Source: Squalus acanthias
Lineage: Eukaryota
DNA length: 64,000 nucleotides
NCBI GenBank assembly: GCA_030390025.1
Contig: CM059425.1
Span: 167,154,001-167,218,000 of the forward strand
Direction of reading: 5' to 3'
Shown here: positions 24,060 through 35,826 of the stretch, piece after piece
Position numbering within the stretch: the first letter of the stretch is position 1
Layout of the letters: each line of letters starts with the position of its first letter
Notes under the pieces: model-generated
The model's input: only the letters and a program-made list of their open reading frames with translations
What the model was told of the DNA's origin: nothing
Databases searched by the model: none
Position numbers and translations under genes: made by a program

Positions 24060-27000
24060 ATGGGGTTGTGTTAGCTGACAGTCAACTGAGTGAACCAAGC
24101 ACTGTTCCTTACTTACCTGCTGCTCCCCAAGCTGCAATCTTCAGCTTTTTAAAGGTTGTGCTCTAATTTCCAAGCACCCAGCACATTATTCCTATTTTAC
24201 ATGGGTTTTACACTAATCACTACTCCAATTCATATATACAAATGAGCTGACCTAGGAAATTCTGATACAAATATCTCTCATATTCAATTGCCTCAAAAGT
24301 ACAGTAACTTACTGCATGGAAATTCAGGACATTTATCTTTTCACGTTGTGTGGCCAGGAGGACAAGTTACAATGAATTCAGGTAGACACAACAGAACAAC
24401 TCAGGCATACTGAACTTATAAGGCACTTTTCTTTGGAAGTTGGCTAGTTAAAATAATGGTACCTGCCAGCTTACAAACAAATGTACTTTGATCACTGAGG
24501 TAACCTCTGTCTCTTTAGTTGCTGAGTTAGTGTGGGATCCATGTGGTCATGCATGCGCATATAATAGAATTCCAGGACATTCTGGGGAGACCACAGAAGA
24601 GGGACCCAGCTACTCAGCAAATGCTAATACACAGACACCGCTCTGCATATGTTGTCTGTCAGTGTAAAATTTTGGTGGTTTGCATTTTTGCTTGTGTGAA
24701 GCACCTTGCGTCATTTTATCACATTAAAGGTGTTATATAACTGCAAGCTATTGTAAATTAACTTCCACCACAGAATCAATCAGTTAGGTTTTATGGAAAA
24801 ATTATTTTTCTAGTTCCATGTGATAATAGGATGTAATTTACAATCAGTATTCAAAGGCTCTTAGAATTTTATTTTCTTGTATGGTATCTAGCTCTTGTAA
24901 GTGAAGTGAGGTCACCATTGAATATATACCTTTAGCAACAGAATGTTGTTCCACAAGTATGAATTTTTTAAATGAATAATTGAAAGAATAAAATATTCTG
25001 AAGTGGTGTTGTATTACTATGAAAATGAAGTCATACCACTCCATCTACATTTTGTGATTGCAACAAATATAATGTACCTATTCTATTTGATAACTGAAGT
25101 ATCATCTTATTACAAATTAATTTATTTATACAATTACCAACATGATTTTACTGTATTTTATTTCAGAATTAAATTAGAATAGTAGCTAAAGGTTTTAGTT
25201 ATATCTAATGACCCCTCAAAATGTGTCCCCAGAGGTCTCTTGAAGGAGAATCATAGCAGTGTGCACTGCTTTAGCGTGAGTAAAGTGAAGGCTTGGCTTT
25301 ATGAGCAGAGGAAGGGGACAGTTATATGTATTTCTTTATCGTGATTTTCTAATTTCATCTCACACGCTGCGGAAATTAACTTACTCTGGTGATTAACACA
25401 TTTGCATAAAATTTCTTTGTGCGCAGTTTTAATGCAATCATATAACATGGTTAAAATAAAAATGGATTATCACCTGTATTTGAGTAGTACACAAATAAAT
25501 TCTGGATGAACCTATTAACCACTACACTACCAGAGGAAACTAAACTCCTATATGCCTTTTTATCTGTTTACAAACAGATTTATTGATTATCGTTATTTGA
25601 ATAAAGGCGAGATTTCATGTATCATGGAGAGGAAAGATATGCAATCAGGGTTTTTCTATCAGGAAAGATTGAGCAGGTTGGAGCACTTGAGAAATGACTA
25701 AGAAGAGACCTGATAAAAGTTTTTTTAAATTATGAAGGGATTCGATAGGTAGAATGTGAAGAAACCATTTTCACTTGTGGACAGTCCAGAAAAAGAGGAC
25801 ATAGTAATAATGGAACAATGGGCTGCCTTTAAAGAGGAAATAGTTCAGGTACAGTTGAGGTACATTCCCACTAGAGGGAAAGGCAGGGCAACTAAAGTCA
25901 GGGCTCCCTGGATGACGAAAGAGATAGAGAATATGATGAAGCAGAAAAAGAGCGCGTATGACAGATGTCAGGTTGCAAATAGATCTGAGAATCAGGCTAT
26001 ATATAGAAAGTTCAGAGGAGAAGTGAAAAAGAAAATAAGAGGGGCAAAGAGAGAGTATGAGAATAGAATGGCAGCTAACATAAAAGGTAATCCAAAAGTC
26101 TTCTATTGGCATATAAATAGTAAAAGGGTAGTAAGAGGAGGGGTGGTGCCGATTAGGGACCAAAAAGGAGACCTATGCATGGAGGCAGAGGGTATGGCTG
26201 AGGTACTAAATGAGTACTTTGCAACTGTCTTCACTAAGGAAGAGGATGCTGCCATAGACATAGTAAAGGAGGAGGTAGTGGAGATACTTGATAGGATAAC
26301 AATTGATAAAGAGGAGGTATTAGAAAGGCTGGCTGTACTTAAAGTAGATCAATCACCAGGAGCAGATGGGATGCATCCTAGGATGCTGAGGAAATTGAGG
26401 GAGGAAATCGCGAAGGTACTGGCCATAATATTCCAATCCACCATAGATACAGGGGTGGTGCCAGAGGACTGGAGAATTGCAAATGTTACACCGTTGTTCA
26501 AAAAAGGGTGTAAAGATAAACCCAGCAACTACAGGCCAGTCAGTTTGACCTCGGTAGTGAGGAAGCTTTTAGAAACAGTAATCAGGGACAAAATTAACAG
26601 TCACTTGGACAAGTGTGGATTAATTAAGGAAAGCCAGCATGGATTTGTTAAAGGCAAATCATGTTTACATAACTTGATTAAGTTCTTTGATGAGGTAACA
26701 GAGAGGGTTGATGAGGGTAATGCAGTTGACGTAGTGTACATGGATTTCCAGAAGGCATTCGGCAAAGTGCCACATAATAGGCTTGCCAGCAAAGTTGAAG
26801 CCCATGGAATAAAAGGGACAGTAGCAGCATGGATACAAAATTGGCTAAGTGATAGGAAACAGAGAGTAGTGGTGAACGGTTGTTTTTCGGACTGGAGGAA
26901 GGTACACAGTGATGTTCCCCAGGGGTCAGTTCTAGGCCCACTGCTTTTCTTGATATATATTAATAACTTGGACATGGGTGGACAGGTCACAATTTCAAAA

Positions 27001-27486
27001 TTTGCAGATGACACAAAACTTGGAAGTATAGTGAACAGTGAGTAGAGTGATAGACTTCAGGAAGACATAGACAGGCTGATGAAATGGGCAGACACGTGGC
27101 AGATGAAATTTAACGCAGAAAAGTGTGAAGTGATACATTTTGGTAGAAAGAATGAGGAGAGGGCATATAAACTAAATGGTACAATCCTGAAGGGGGTGCA
27201 CGAACAGAGAGACCTGGGGGTATGTGTGCACAAGTTATTGAAGGTGGCAGGGCAGGTTGAGAAAGCAGTTAAAAAGGCTTACGGGATCCTGGGCTTCATA
27301 AATAGAGGTATAGAGTACAAAAGTGTGGAAATTATGATGAACCTGTATACAACATTGGTTCGGCCCCAACTGGAGTACTGTGTCCAATTCTGGGCACCAC
27401 ACTTTAGGAAGGATGTGAAGGCCTTCGAGAGGGTGCAGAAAAGATTTACTAGAATAATTCCAGGAATGAGGGACTTCAGTTACGAT

Positions 27487-28147
27487 AGCAAAATACTGCA
27501 GATGCTGGAAATCCGAAATAACAACAGAAAACGCTGGAAAAACACAGCAGGCGAAGCAGCATCCGTGGAGAGAGACACAGAGTTAACATTTCAGGTCGAA
27601 GACCTTTCATCAGAACTGGAAATAGCAGGAAATGGAATAGATTTAAGGCAAGGATAAAGCTGGGAAAAGGGGGAGGGGATGAAAGAACAAAAGGAGAGAT
27701 TAAGAGACATTAAGAGATATTCAAGGCAAGAGGTGGTGTTAATGTGACAGGTTAAGGCTAAAAGAAGTGTGAAATGCACTGGCAGAATGAAGGACAGCTG
27801 CCAGCTTCTAGGAGGGAAAAAAAAGGGTGGGGGGCAAACAAAAGGGTGGATGAAAAAATAAAATATAAATGTGATTGGGGCCGAGGTTATGATCTAAAAT
27901 TGTTGAACTCGATATTGAGTCCAGAGGGCTGTAGCGTGCCTAAACGAAAGATGAGGTGCTGTTCCTCGAGCTTACGCTGCGCTTCCGTGGAACAGTGTAA
28001 TAGGCTGAGGACGGTGAGGTCAGAGTGGGAGTGAAGCGGTGAATTAAAGTGACAGGCGACCGGGAGCTCGGGGTCCCCCTTACGGACTGAACGGAGGTGT
28101 TCCGCAAAGCGGTCACCCAATCTGCGTTTGGTCTCCCCAATGTAGAG
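27487..28147 (-). mobile_element. Penelope-like element 3' fragment inside CR1
   Basis: GDRFAEHLRSV...HFNS...EEQHLIFRLGTLQPSGLN (GIY-YIG C-terminal half) plus the terminal repeat. Confidence 0.85.
27581..27617 (-). ncRNA. Minimal hammerhead ribozyme motif (one helix-III substitution)
   Basis: AGTT CTGATGA AAGGTC TTC GACCT GAAA TGTT AACT. Confidence 0.6.
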
Positions 28148-29369
28148 TCGTTGATCGACTGGAGAAGCTGGGGTTGTTCTCCTTGGTGCAGCGAAGATAG
28201 AGAGGAGATTTAATAGAGGTGTTCAAAATCATGAGGGGTCTGGACAGAGTAGATAGAGGGAAACTGTTCCCTTTGGCAGAAGGGTCAAGAACCAGAGGAC
28301 ACAGATTTAAGGTGATTGGCAAAAGAACCAAAGGCGACGTAAGAAACAACTATTTTTCGCAGCGAGTGGTTAAGATCTGGAATGCACTGCCTGAAAGGGT
28401 GGTGGAGGCAGATTCAATCACGGCTTTCAAAAGGGAGTTGGATAAGTATCTGAAGGAAATAAATTTGCAGGGCTACGGGGAAAGGAGGGGGAGTGGGACT
28501 AGCTGAAGTGCTCTTGCAGAGAGCCGGCACAGGCTCGAAGGGCCGAATGGCCTTCTTCCATGCTGTAACCATTCAATGATTGTATGATTCTATAATAAGA
28601 CAGCCACTAACAGTTCAAATGAAGAATTTAGGAGGAATTTCTTGATATAGAGAGTGGTGAGAATGTGGAACTCAGTGCCAACTGAAGTGATTAAGCAGAT
28701 AGCATTGATGTATTTAGGGGCAGCTTGATGCATACTTGAGGGAGAAGGGAATAGGCGGATACAGGGGCCTGGTGGGAAGAGGTCATTAGAGCAGGAAGAG
28801 GCTCATGTGGAGTATAAAGATCAGCATAGACCAGTTGGGCCAAATGGCCTGTTTCTGTACTGTAGATTTTATGTAATTCTACGTCTATGTATTTCTATGG
28901 AACAATATCATCTTTCCTTATTCCATTTTATGAATAATCTGAACAAAGTATATAATGCAAATAGGTGTCTCTAAACCAGGTCGCACTGTGTGGGGGATCA
29001 TGCGATTTAAGATCCAGGTGCCTAGCTATTAAAGGATAGATATTAATGAGGAAAACCATTTGCCTAACCTAGCTCATCCATGCAAAAAGAACTTACAGTC
29101 TCCCTACCGCAGGATCCAACTGTTTCTTAAATGAACTCTACCCTACTGTACCTGGATGTCCATTCTATATAGTTATTGTGGAAAAAGATTTTCCTAACAT
29201 CAGTCCTAAATTTACCTTTTGCTACTTTGAACCTTTGCCCCTTGTCCTGTGAACATAGTTTAACTTGAAGTAGTGTTCCAGATTTACTGGCTCCGAATTT
29301 CCTTGGACTTCCTGCCACTGCGCCATGGTAATTTCACCAGAAGTGCGGCAAAACCCTGTTTACATGCTG

Positions 29370-29571
29370 CTCCCCCTTTTCCCAGCTTTATCCTTGCCTT
29401 AAATCTATTTGATTTCCGGCTGTTTCCAGTTCTGATGAAAGGTCTCGACCTGAAACATTGACTCTGTTTCTCTCTCCACGGATGCTGCCTCGCCTGCTGA
29501 GTTTTTCCAGCATTTTCCAGCATTTTCTGTTGTTATTTCGGATTTCCAGCATCTGCAGTATTTTGCTATCG
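29370..29571 (+). mobile_element. Solo Penelope-like terminal repeat with 15-bp TSD
   Basis: Reverse complement of ~27485-27675; CCTGTTTACATGCTG at 29355-29369 and 29572-29586. Confidence 0.85.
29428..29463 (+). ncRNA. Minimal hammerhead ribozyme motif (variant)
   Basis: AGTT CTGATGA AAGGTC TC GACCT GAAAC ATT GACT. Confidence 0.55.
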
Positions 29572-30248
29572 CCTGTTTACATGCTGTTTACTCTCGTATA
29601 CTTCTATGAAGTCCCCTCTTAGTCACCTTCTTTCAGTTTTCCCCACTGAGATATTTTGTTAAAAGCCCTGTGGACAGGTGAAAAGGCTGATGATAGTAAT
29701 ATTAACTACAAGTGCAGCTGAATGAGATTGTTCAGCCCATCAAGCTCATCCTTCTGAAAGTCACCACCTCCCATTATAGCATCCAACTAACTACCTCTTA
29801 AATGACCCTAGAGTTTTTGGCCTAGAAATTCAGGGGTTTAGCACCGGTCGTTAAGGCCTGTTTTGAAGCAAAAATGGTGGCTGCCTCGCTTCCGGTGGGT
29901 CCCGCGATGGCCGCCATTTTTGGCAGATTGGTAGCGCTGCCGTTGCCTGCGCTTGCTGCAGAAATGAAAATGAGACAGATTGCGATGTCAACGATCTGCC
30001 ATTTTTATCATTGCTGCTCCACTTACCGCCCTCTGTTAATCACGACTAGCTGAACAAGTGTTTAGCAGCAGGAAGGAGCCTCCAGCAGCGATATTTAAAG
30101 GGATCATCAACAACAGCTTGTAGTTGACATGGTTTCTCAGTTTGACTGGCTGTGTGTAACTTTCTGAGGTCGCAGGAAGTGTTGGTGTAAGTGGAGAACG
30201 CCTTCATTCTCATTTAAAGGCTTCTGCTCACACCACTTGCTCAAAGTC

Positions 30249-31331
30249 ATGGGGGCTCTATTTGAAGTGCCCCTTGCGCGCGAGTATCTCCAGGAGAGGA
30301 AGCAGAGGCAGCGAAGAAAAGATATGCACAGGGCGAGGTGGAGGAGGAGGGCCAGGAGGGCTTTCAACAGGAGGCCTTACCCCACTAGAGTCTTCCAAAA
30401 GCACTTCTCTTATCTCCATTTAAGCGAGGAGCAGTGTATTAGGAGGCTCCGCTTCACCAAGGAGGTGGTCACAGAACTCTCCCACCTCTTGCAGACATGC
30501 AGAGTGTACATGGCTCTCCCAGTGGTCCTCAAGGTCACTGTGGCTCTCAATTTCTTTGCCAACGGATCCTTTCAGTCATCCATCATTGCATCCGGGAGGT
30601 CACAGAGGCTCTCTACTCCAGGAGAAGGGACTACATTATTTTCTCTCTCAACAGAGAGAAGCAGGACGAGTGCACATGTGGCTTTGCCAGGATAGTGGGA
30701 TTCCCAAGGTGCATGGCACCATCGACTGCACCCACATAGCTTTCCGGGCAATGTATACCAATCCTAAGATGTTCCGTAACTGCAAAGGCGACCACTCAGT
30801 TAATCTGAAGTTGTCGTTTGACCACGCCCAGCGCATCATGATAGTGAATGCCTGCTATCCTGGCAGCAGTCATGATGCCTTCATCCTGTGCCAGTCCGGT
30901 GTGCCAGCAAGCTTCCAGTCACCACGTTAAATCTGAGGGTGGCCGCTCTGCACCTGGCCGATGACTCCCCTCCACAAGCCCACCACTCGTGCCCAGCACG
31001 CATATAATGACAGCCATGCTGCCACCAGGAACATCATCGAGCAGACCATTGGAGTGCTCAAACAACAGTTCCGCTGCTTTGACCACTCGGGAGGAGCCCT
31101 CCATACTCGGCGGAGCGGGTATCCCATTTCGTGGTGATCTGCTGCATGCTTCACAACTTGGCCATCATGAGGACGCAGCCCTTGCCAGCAGGGATTGTGG
31201 AACCACTTCAGGAGGAGGAGGAGGAAGAGGAAGAAGAGAAGGAAGAGGAGGAGGAAGGGAGGAGGCAGGCAGCAAATTCCCATTCCGGATGGGCTATCCA
31301 TGAGCACCTCTTCAGACTCTGGTTCCAGTGA
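30249..31331 (+). pseudogene. Harbinger transposase pseudogene
   Basis: LSEEQCIRRLRFTKEVVTEL, GTIDCTHI, YPGSSHDAFIL and VICCMLHN motifs. Several frameshifts, and the LLGDKGY segment is deleted near 30940. Confidence 0.9.
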
Positions 31332-31513
31332 ATGAAACCCCAGATCCCCGTTGCTCACCACTTCCCCACCATACCATCCCTCTGTTACAGAACATCACAG
31401 CGTCCTCCTGGGCACAAATCTGAAATGGGAGCCACCACATTCCAAACAAAAATCATAAAATATCAGAATCTAATAACATTACAAATATCAACTAATCACC
31501 CTTGTGCATTACC

Positions 31514-32891
31514 TTAGTGCCTGTTGTTCATGTGCCTTTACCTACTCTAGTGCTCCTATGCAGTGCTCCCCCACTGACTGCAGCATGGCTGGTGGAAGGC
31601 TGCTGACTTTCAGTGGGGGAGACTACAGATGGCCTTGCACGACGGCCTGAACCAGCTGTGGACCTAGAACGTCCGGCTGTAGACTGCACCAGCTCGGCAA
31701 GGGCGGCAGCAGTCTGGGCTGGCTGATAGGCAGCGGCAAGGGGAGTGCCAGAGTGGCGGTGGTGGGAGTAGGAATGCTGTCATCCTGAGAGAGGACAACA
31801 GGTTCTTGCTCCACTGACCCACTGCCACACCCCGGAGCAGTGCCACGGCATTCCTAGCCATCTGATGGAGGACAGATTGCTGGCCTGCTGCGGCACCCTA
31901 CAAACCCCTTTCGACACTCGTAAACCCAGTGATGATGGCAGCAGTCTGAGCTTGCATGGCAGCAAGCTGAGCCTGCAGGAGAGCAGTCTGTGCTTCCACT
32001 GCAACACTGAGACATTGGGTCGCTTCTGTCTGTGCTGCAATGGAAGCTGCAAGATCACCCATCACACGCAGCATCATGGCTGGGTCCACAAGGTCTTTCC
32101 TGGAGTTGTCCACCATTTCCATCCTGGAAATCATGGGCTCCAAGCTCTGAGCAAAGCAATCCAATGTAGGAACCGGACTCCTCCATGCTCCTTGACATTT
32201 ACAAGAGGTTCTCTGGCAGGCTTGCTATTGCACCAAGCATTTCCGTGTGCATGCCCATGACCCTTCTTCTGAAGCCCGCCCCATCGAGGTCATCATCTGA
32301 GTCATGTGCAGCAAAACCTGTGCACAAACCCGCCTCCAGGGAGCTAGCTCCTGAACTATGTTTTCCCCCTGGCATTGCTGCAGCCCACTCATGCCCAGTG
32401 CCTCACCATGTGCAAATTCCGCCTCTATACTACCCTCTACATTCTGCGCAGTGTCATTTTCTGAGCTGGTGTCTGCGAGTATCAGATACAGTGATGATGT
32501 GTCTTCTTCTTCTCCTGAATCACTCTCCTCCGCAACATCAGGGACAGGCTGTACTGGTTGAACTTCTTGGGTATCTAAAAGCAGAAAGGCATAAGGGTCG
32601 GGTTGTAGTGAGGGGAGGGGGGGGAAGCAAGATATCCATGCATTCGCCATCAGCAGCTTGTAAGTGAGAAGAGATTGTGGAATGAGGGGGAAGTGGGATG
32701 TGAGAAGAAGGATTAGGAATGACCATACCATCATTGTCAGCAAAGGCCTCAACTTCTCCCGTTGCCATGGCCTCCATCACTGCCCCTCCAATTATGTTAA
32801 GGACAGACTCCTCCAGGTTGCTGAGGTTCTGTATAGCGGCTTGGCCGTTTCCTGTCTGCTGCTGCTCCCTCCTGTTCTGTGCTGCCTTTGC
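31514..32891 (-). pseudogene. Harbinger Myb/SANT-like gene, exon 2 (32891-32729) and exon 3 (32574-31514)
   Basis: AKAAQNRREQQQTGNG exon of 163 nt, the same length as exon 2 of the intact copy. VLSQDDSI motif. Frameshifted. Confidence 0.8.
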
Positions 32892-33470
32892 CTGCAAGAG
32901 AAAGGGAAGTGTGTCAGTGAGTGTACTGCAATGTGTTTGGGTGATTTGTCTGCCATAGTTGAATAGCTGTCAGTGTGGGCAAGTTGTAAGATGTGGGTGT
33001 GAGTGTTGCAGCAGTGGTAAGGTTGTGAGGATGAAGTGAAGCGGGAAGTGAAACCATTGCAGGTGATTTTCTGGCTACGATTAGCTAGCAAGGAATGGAA
33101 CCAGGCGAGTGCAGTCGCACCCAGCTGGACGAAGGTGGAGAGGCGTTGGAGGAGGATGGTGTGGTCAACCGTGTCAATGGCTGCAGACAGTTCGGGAAGG
33201 ACAAGGAGGGATAGTTTGGGGTAGAAATTAGGTCGCGCCCCATTTGGGGCGCAAATATCGTCCGCGCGCAAATATTAGCGCCTGGCGCTAATTATCGGCA
33301 CTGACAGGAAACTTCACTTTTACCGCCCCGGGAGGTGAGTGGAGCGCTAAATTAGGCGCTGCACACCTCTCTTAAGGCGCAAAGGCCTAGGAGTGAGGCG
33401 CTAACTCAGCGCACGAGCGCAGCGCAGCTGCTGCCAGTTAGCGCGGGAACACAGACACACTGACGCCGGA

Positions 33471-33482
33471 CACTTCTTAAAG
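33471..33482 (+). promoter_or_regulatory. TATA-like motif upstream of the Myb/SANT-like gene
   Basis: CACTTCTTAAAG; identical 12-mer upstream of the homologous gene at 14975-14986 (-). Confidence 0.5.
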
Positions 33483-33574
33483 CGGGGGGGGCCACTTGCT
33501 CCCCAGCCACACCCTGCTCATTGCAGCCTTGAATCTCAGCCTGGAGAGACCTGTAATCCATTTTGCTGCCAAGA

Positions 33575-35532
33575 ATGGAGAGGGTGAGAGAACGCGCTCA
33601 TCGCTTCACCGAGCGGGCCTTGGATGCTCTGGTTGACGCAGTGGAGCGCAGGCGATGCATGCTGTTCCCAGAGAGTGGCAGGAGGCCTTTGCCACGCGAG
33701 TTCAGAAGAGTGTGGAGGGAGGTGGCTCAGAGCGTCTCCTCCAGGAGCATGGTGCCCAGGACCCATGTCCAGTGCCGCAAGAAGTTCAACGACCTCACTC
33801 GGGTCGTCAGGGTGAGTGGCTTTTTCTCAATACCTCTCCATCCCTCCATCTCAACCTCACTCTATGGCCAGAGGGTCTTAAAACCCCAATGCACAACACT
33901 CATCCAACACCTATGGCCCTTTCATCAAACACACACACACATTCCACACTTTGCATACAGTAAGGGCTATTCACCTATGGGAGGCACATCAGGCAAGACC
34001 ATGGCTGCATATTGTAAGGGCTATTCACCTATGGGAGGCACATCAGGCAAGACCATGGCTGCATATTGTAAGGGCTATTCACCTATGGGAGGCACATCAG
34101 GCAAGACCATGGCTGTATATTGACTCAGATGCTGTCCTTTTTCTTGCAGGCTAAGCTGGCTCATAATCGGAGACAGCAGCAACGGACGGGTGGAGGGCGG
34201 CTTCAGCTGCAACCCCTCAGCGATCTGGAGGAGCGCGTCCACAGGATTGTGGCAAGCCGGGTGATCGGTCCCGTCGCCACTGGAGACGCCGACCCCGTTG
34301 TGGACAGCAATGGTAAGGTCATCACCTTTTTGTCCTCTGTCCTTCCACTTGTCCCTCACAATACCAGCCTTTGACACTTTCAATCCAACTTGCTAACTCG
34401 CTGCACTTATTCCTCCCTTACTGCCACCCTGTCCTCACGCTAAAGCCACTCTTGTACCTCCCTGCTTTCAGATGGTGATTCACCAGCTGAGGAGATGGTC
34501 CCTGAAGCTGCCACTGGGAGTGATGCTGCAGCTGAGGAGGAAGCCGGAGCATCAGTGCCACCCTCTCCCGAGGAAGCCCATGGCCACACTGGGAACACGC
34601 CTTCCCCGGAGGGGAGCAGGGGGGAAGGGGCTGATGATGGTGAAGTTCCAGGACCCAGCGGGCTGCAGCAACGCCATGGGGGGGGGAGGGAAGAACGGGG
34701 GAGCAGGGGGGAAGGGGCTGATGATGGTGAAGTTCCAGGACCCAGCGGGCTGCAGCAACGCCATGGGGGGGGGAGGGAAGAACGGGAGCCTTCTCCCCAG
34801 AGGGAGAGTATGCCAGACACTCCTAATGCAATGGACGCAGAGGAGGAGCGGATGATTGCAGAAATGAACAGCCAGGCGGTGGTCATGCACACTGAGCTCA
34901 TGGGTGCAGTGGGAAGGGTGCCCGAATGCATTGAGGCACTGGCAAGGAGTGTGGAGCACTTCGCTGTAGCACAGGCGGATGCCACACTAAAGCTTACTGC
35001 TGCAATTCAGTCACTGGCTGCCAGGAACCCATCTGAGCCTGCTCTCATGCAGACTCAGATTGAGGCCACGCGAGCACTGACTGCTGCCATCCTCGATGGT
35101 TCGTGCACATGTCCCCGGGGCTGTCACCGCGCCGCAGCAGGCCAGCAATCTGTTCTCAGGCAAATTGCTCCGGATGCTGAAGTGCTGCCCCGTGGGAGTG
35201 CCAGTGTGTCGGGCGAGCAGGGAGTTGCTGTCCTCTCTCACGATGACAGCATTCCTGCTGCCAACACTGTCACTTCTCCACTGCACTTGCCACCGCCTGT
35301 AGGACAGACTGCTGCCGCCCATGCAGAGTTGGTGCAGTCTGCAGCCGGGCCCTCCAGGCCCAGAAGTGGTCGAGGCCGGCCTTCAGGGGCATCTGCAGTG
35401 TCAGGGTCTGACAAGCAGCAGCCTTCCACCAGCCTTGCTGCAGCCACTGAGGTCCCATTACGGAGGAGCAGTAGGGTTAGAAGGGGGGAAGTGCGCAAGG
35501 GAAGGAGATCACCCTCGAAGGGCAAAAAGTAG
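33575..35532 (+). CDS. Harbinger Myb/SANT-like DNA-binding protein, spliced: join(33575..33811,34150..34312,34472..35532), 486 aa
   Basis: RAHRFTERALDALV...VWREVA...RTHVQCRKKFNDL joined to AKLAHNRRQQQRTGGG. Donors gtgagt and gtaagg, acceptors ttcttgcag and ctttcag, phases 0 and 1. Joined length 1461 nt, open to TAG. Confidence 0.88.
33961..34122. repeat. Tandem repeat, 3 x 54 bp, in intron 1
   Basis: Units start at 33961, 34015 and 34069 (TAAGGGCTATTCACCTATGGGAGGCACATCAGGCAAGACCATGGCTGCATATTG); one substitution in unit 3. Confidence 0.95.
34611..34786 (+). repeat. In-frame tandem duplication, 2 x 87 bp (29 aa)
   Basis: GSRGEGADDGEVPGPSGLQQRHGGGREER occurs twice. Confidence 0.95.
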
Positions 35533-35826
35533 GATGTGTGCCAAAATGCTGGTCATTTTTTTATTAAAGGCCGAGGTTCATGGCCCAACTTTTGTTTAGT
35601 GTTTTGGACATTATCTCCAGGTTGTGAGAACCAGTTATGTTATTGACTGTTTTTTGGTGTTTATTTCTATGAGTTTCTCATGAGGAATTGACACACACAG
35701 AGTTTGTACAATAAATAAGTTTCTGTATTCAAAATATACATGGCTGGTGGTTGGAATTATTGGTGCCTTGGCCGGCTTAGGGGTTGCGTGCTGGGTTGAT
35801 TCGTGTTTGTAGCACTGGCAGGGGTC

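Larger units (their letters stand above)
25811..28592 (+). mobile_element. CR1 LINE, 5'-truncated, inserted into an older CR1 3' fragment (~25650-25810 and 28593-28900)
   Basis: RT ORFs at 25756-27045 and 27079-27485 (FADD; in-frame stop at 27043-27045), 3' part at 28150-28592 with ATTCTATG-like tail, TAATAA on both flanks. Confidence 0.9.
29819..33038. mobile_element. Decayed Harbinger copy, right end missing
   Basis: Left TIR GGCCTAGAAATT, transposase pseudogene on +, Myb exons 2-3 on -. Ends within intron 1 at the L2 junction. Confidence 0.9.

Noticed and set aside
24844..25044. Short AT-rich ORF as a host exon (likewise ~57430-57500 and ~63850-63965)
   Set aside because: Weak splice signals, no recognisable protein, and no consistent exon chain.
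33961..34122. CRISPR-like array
   Set aside because: Head-to-tail units with no unique spacers, inside a eukaryotic intron.
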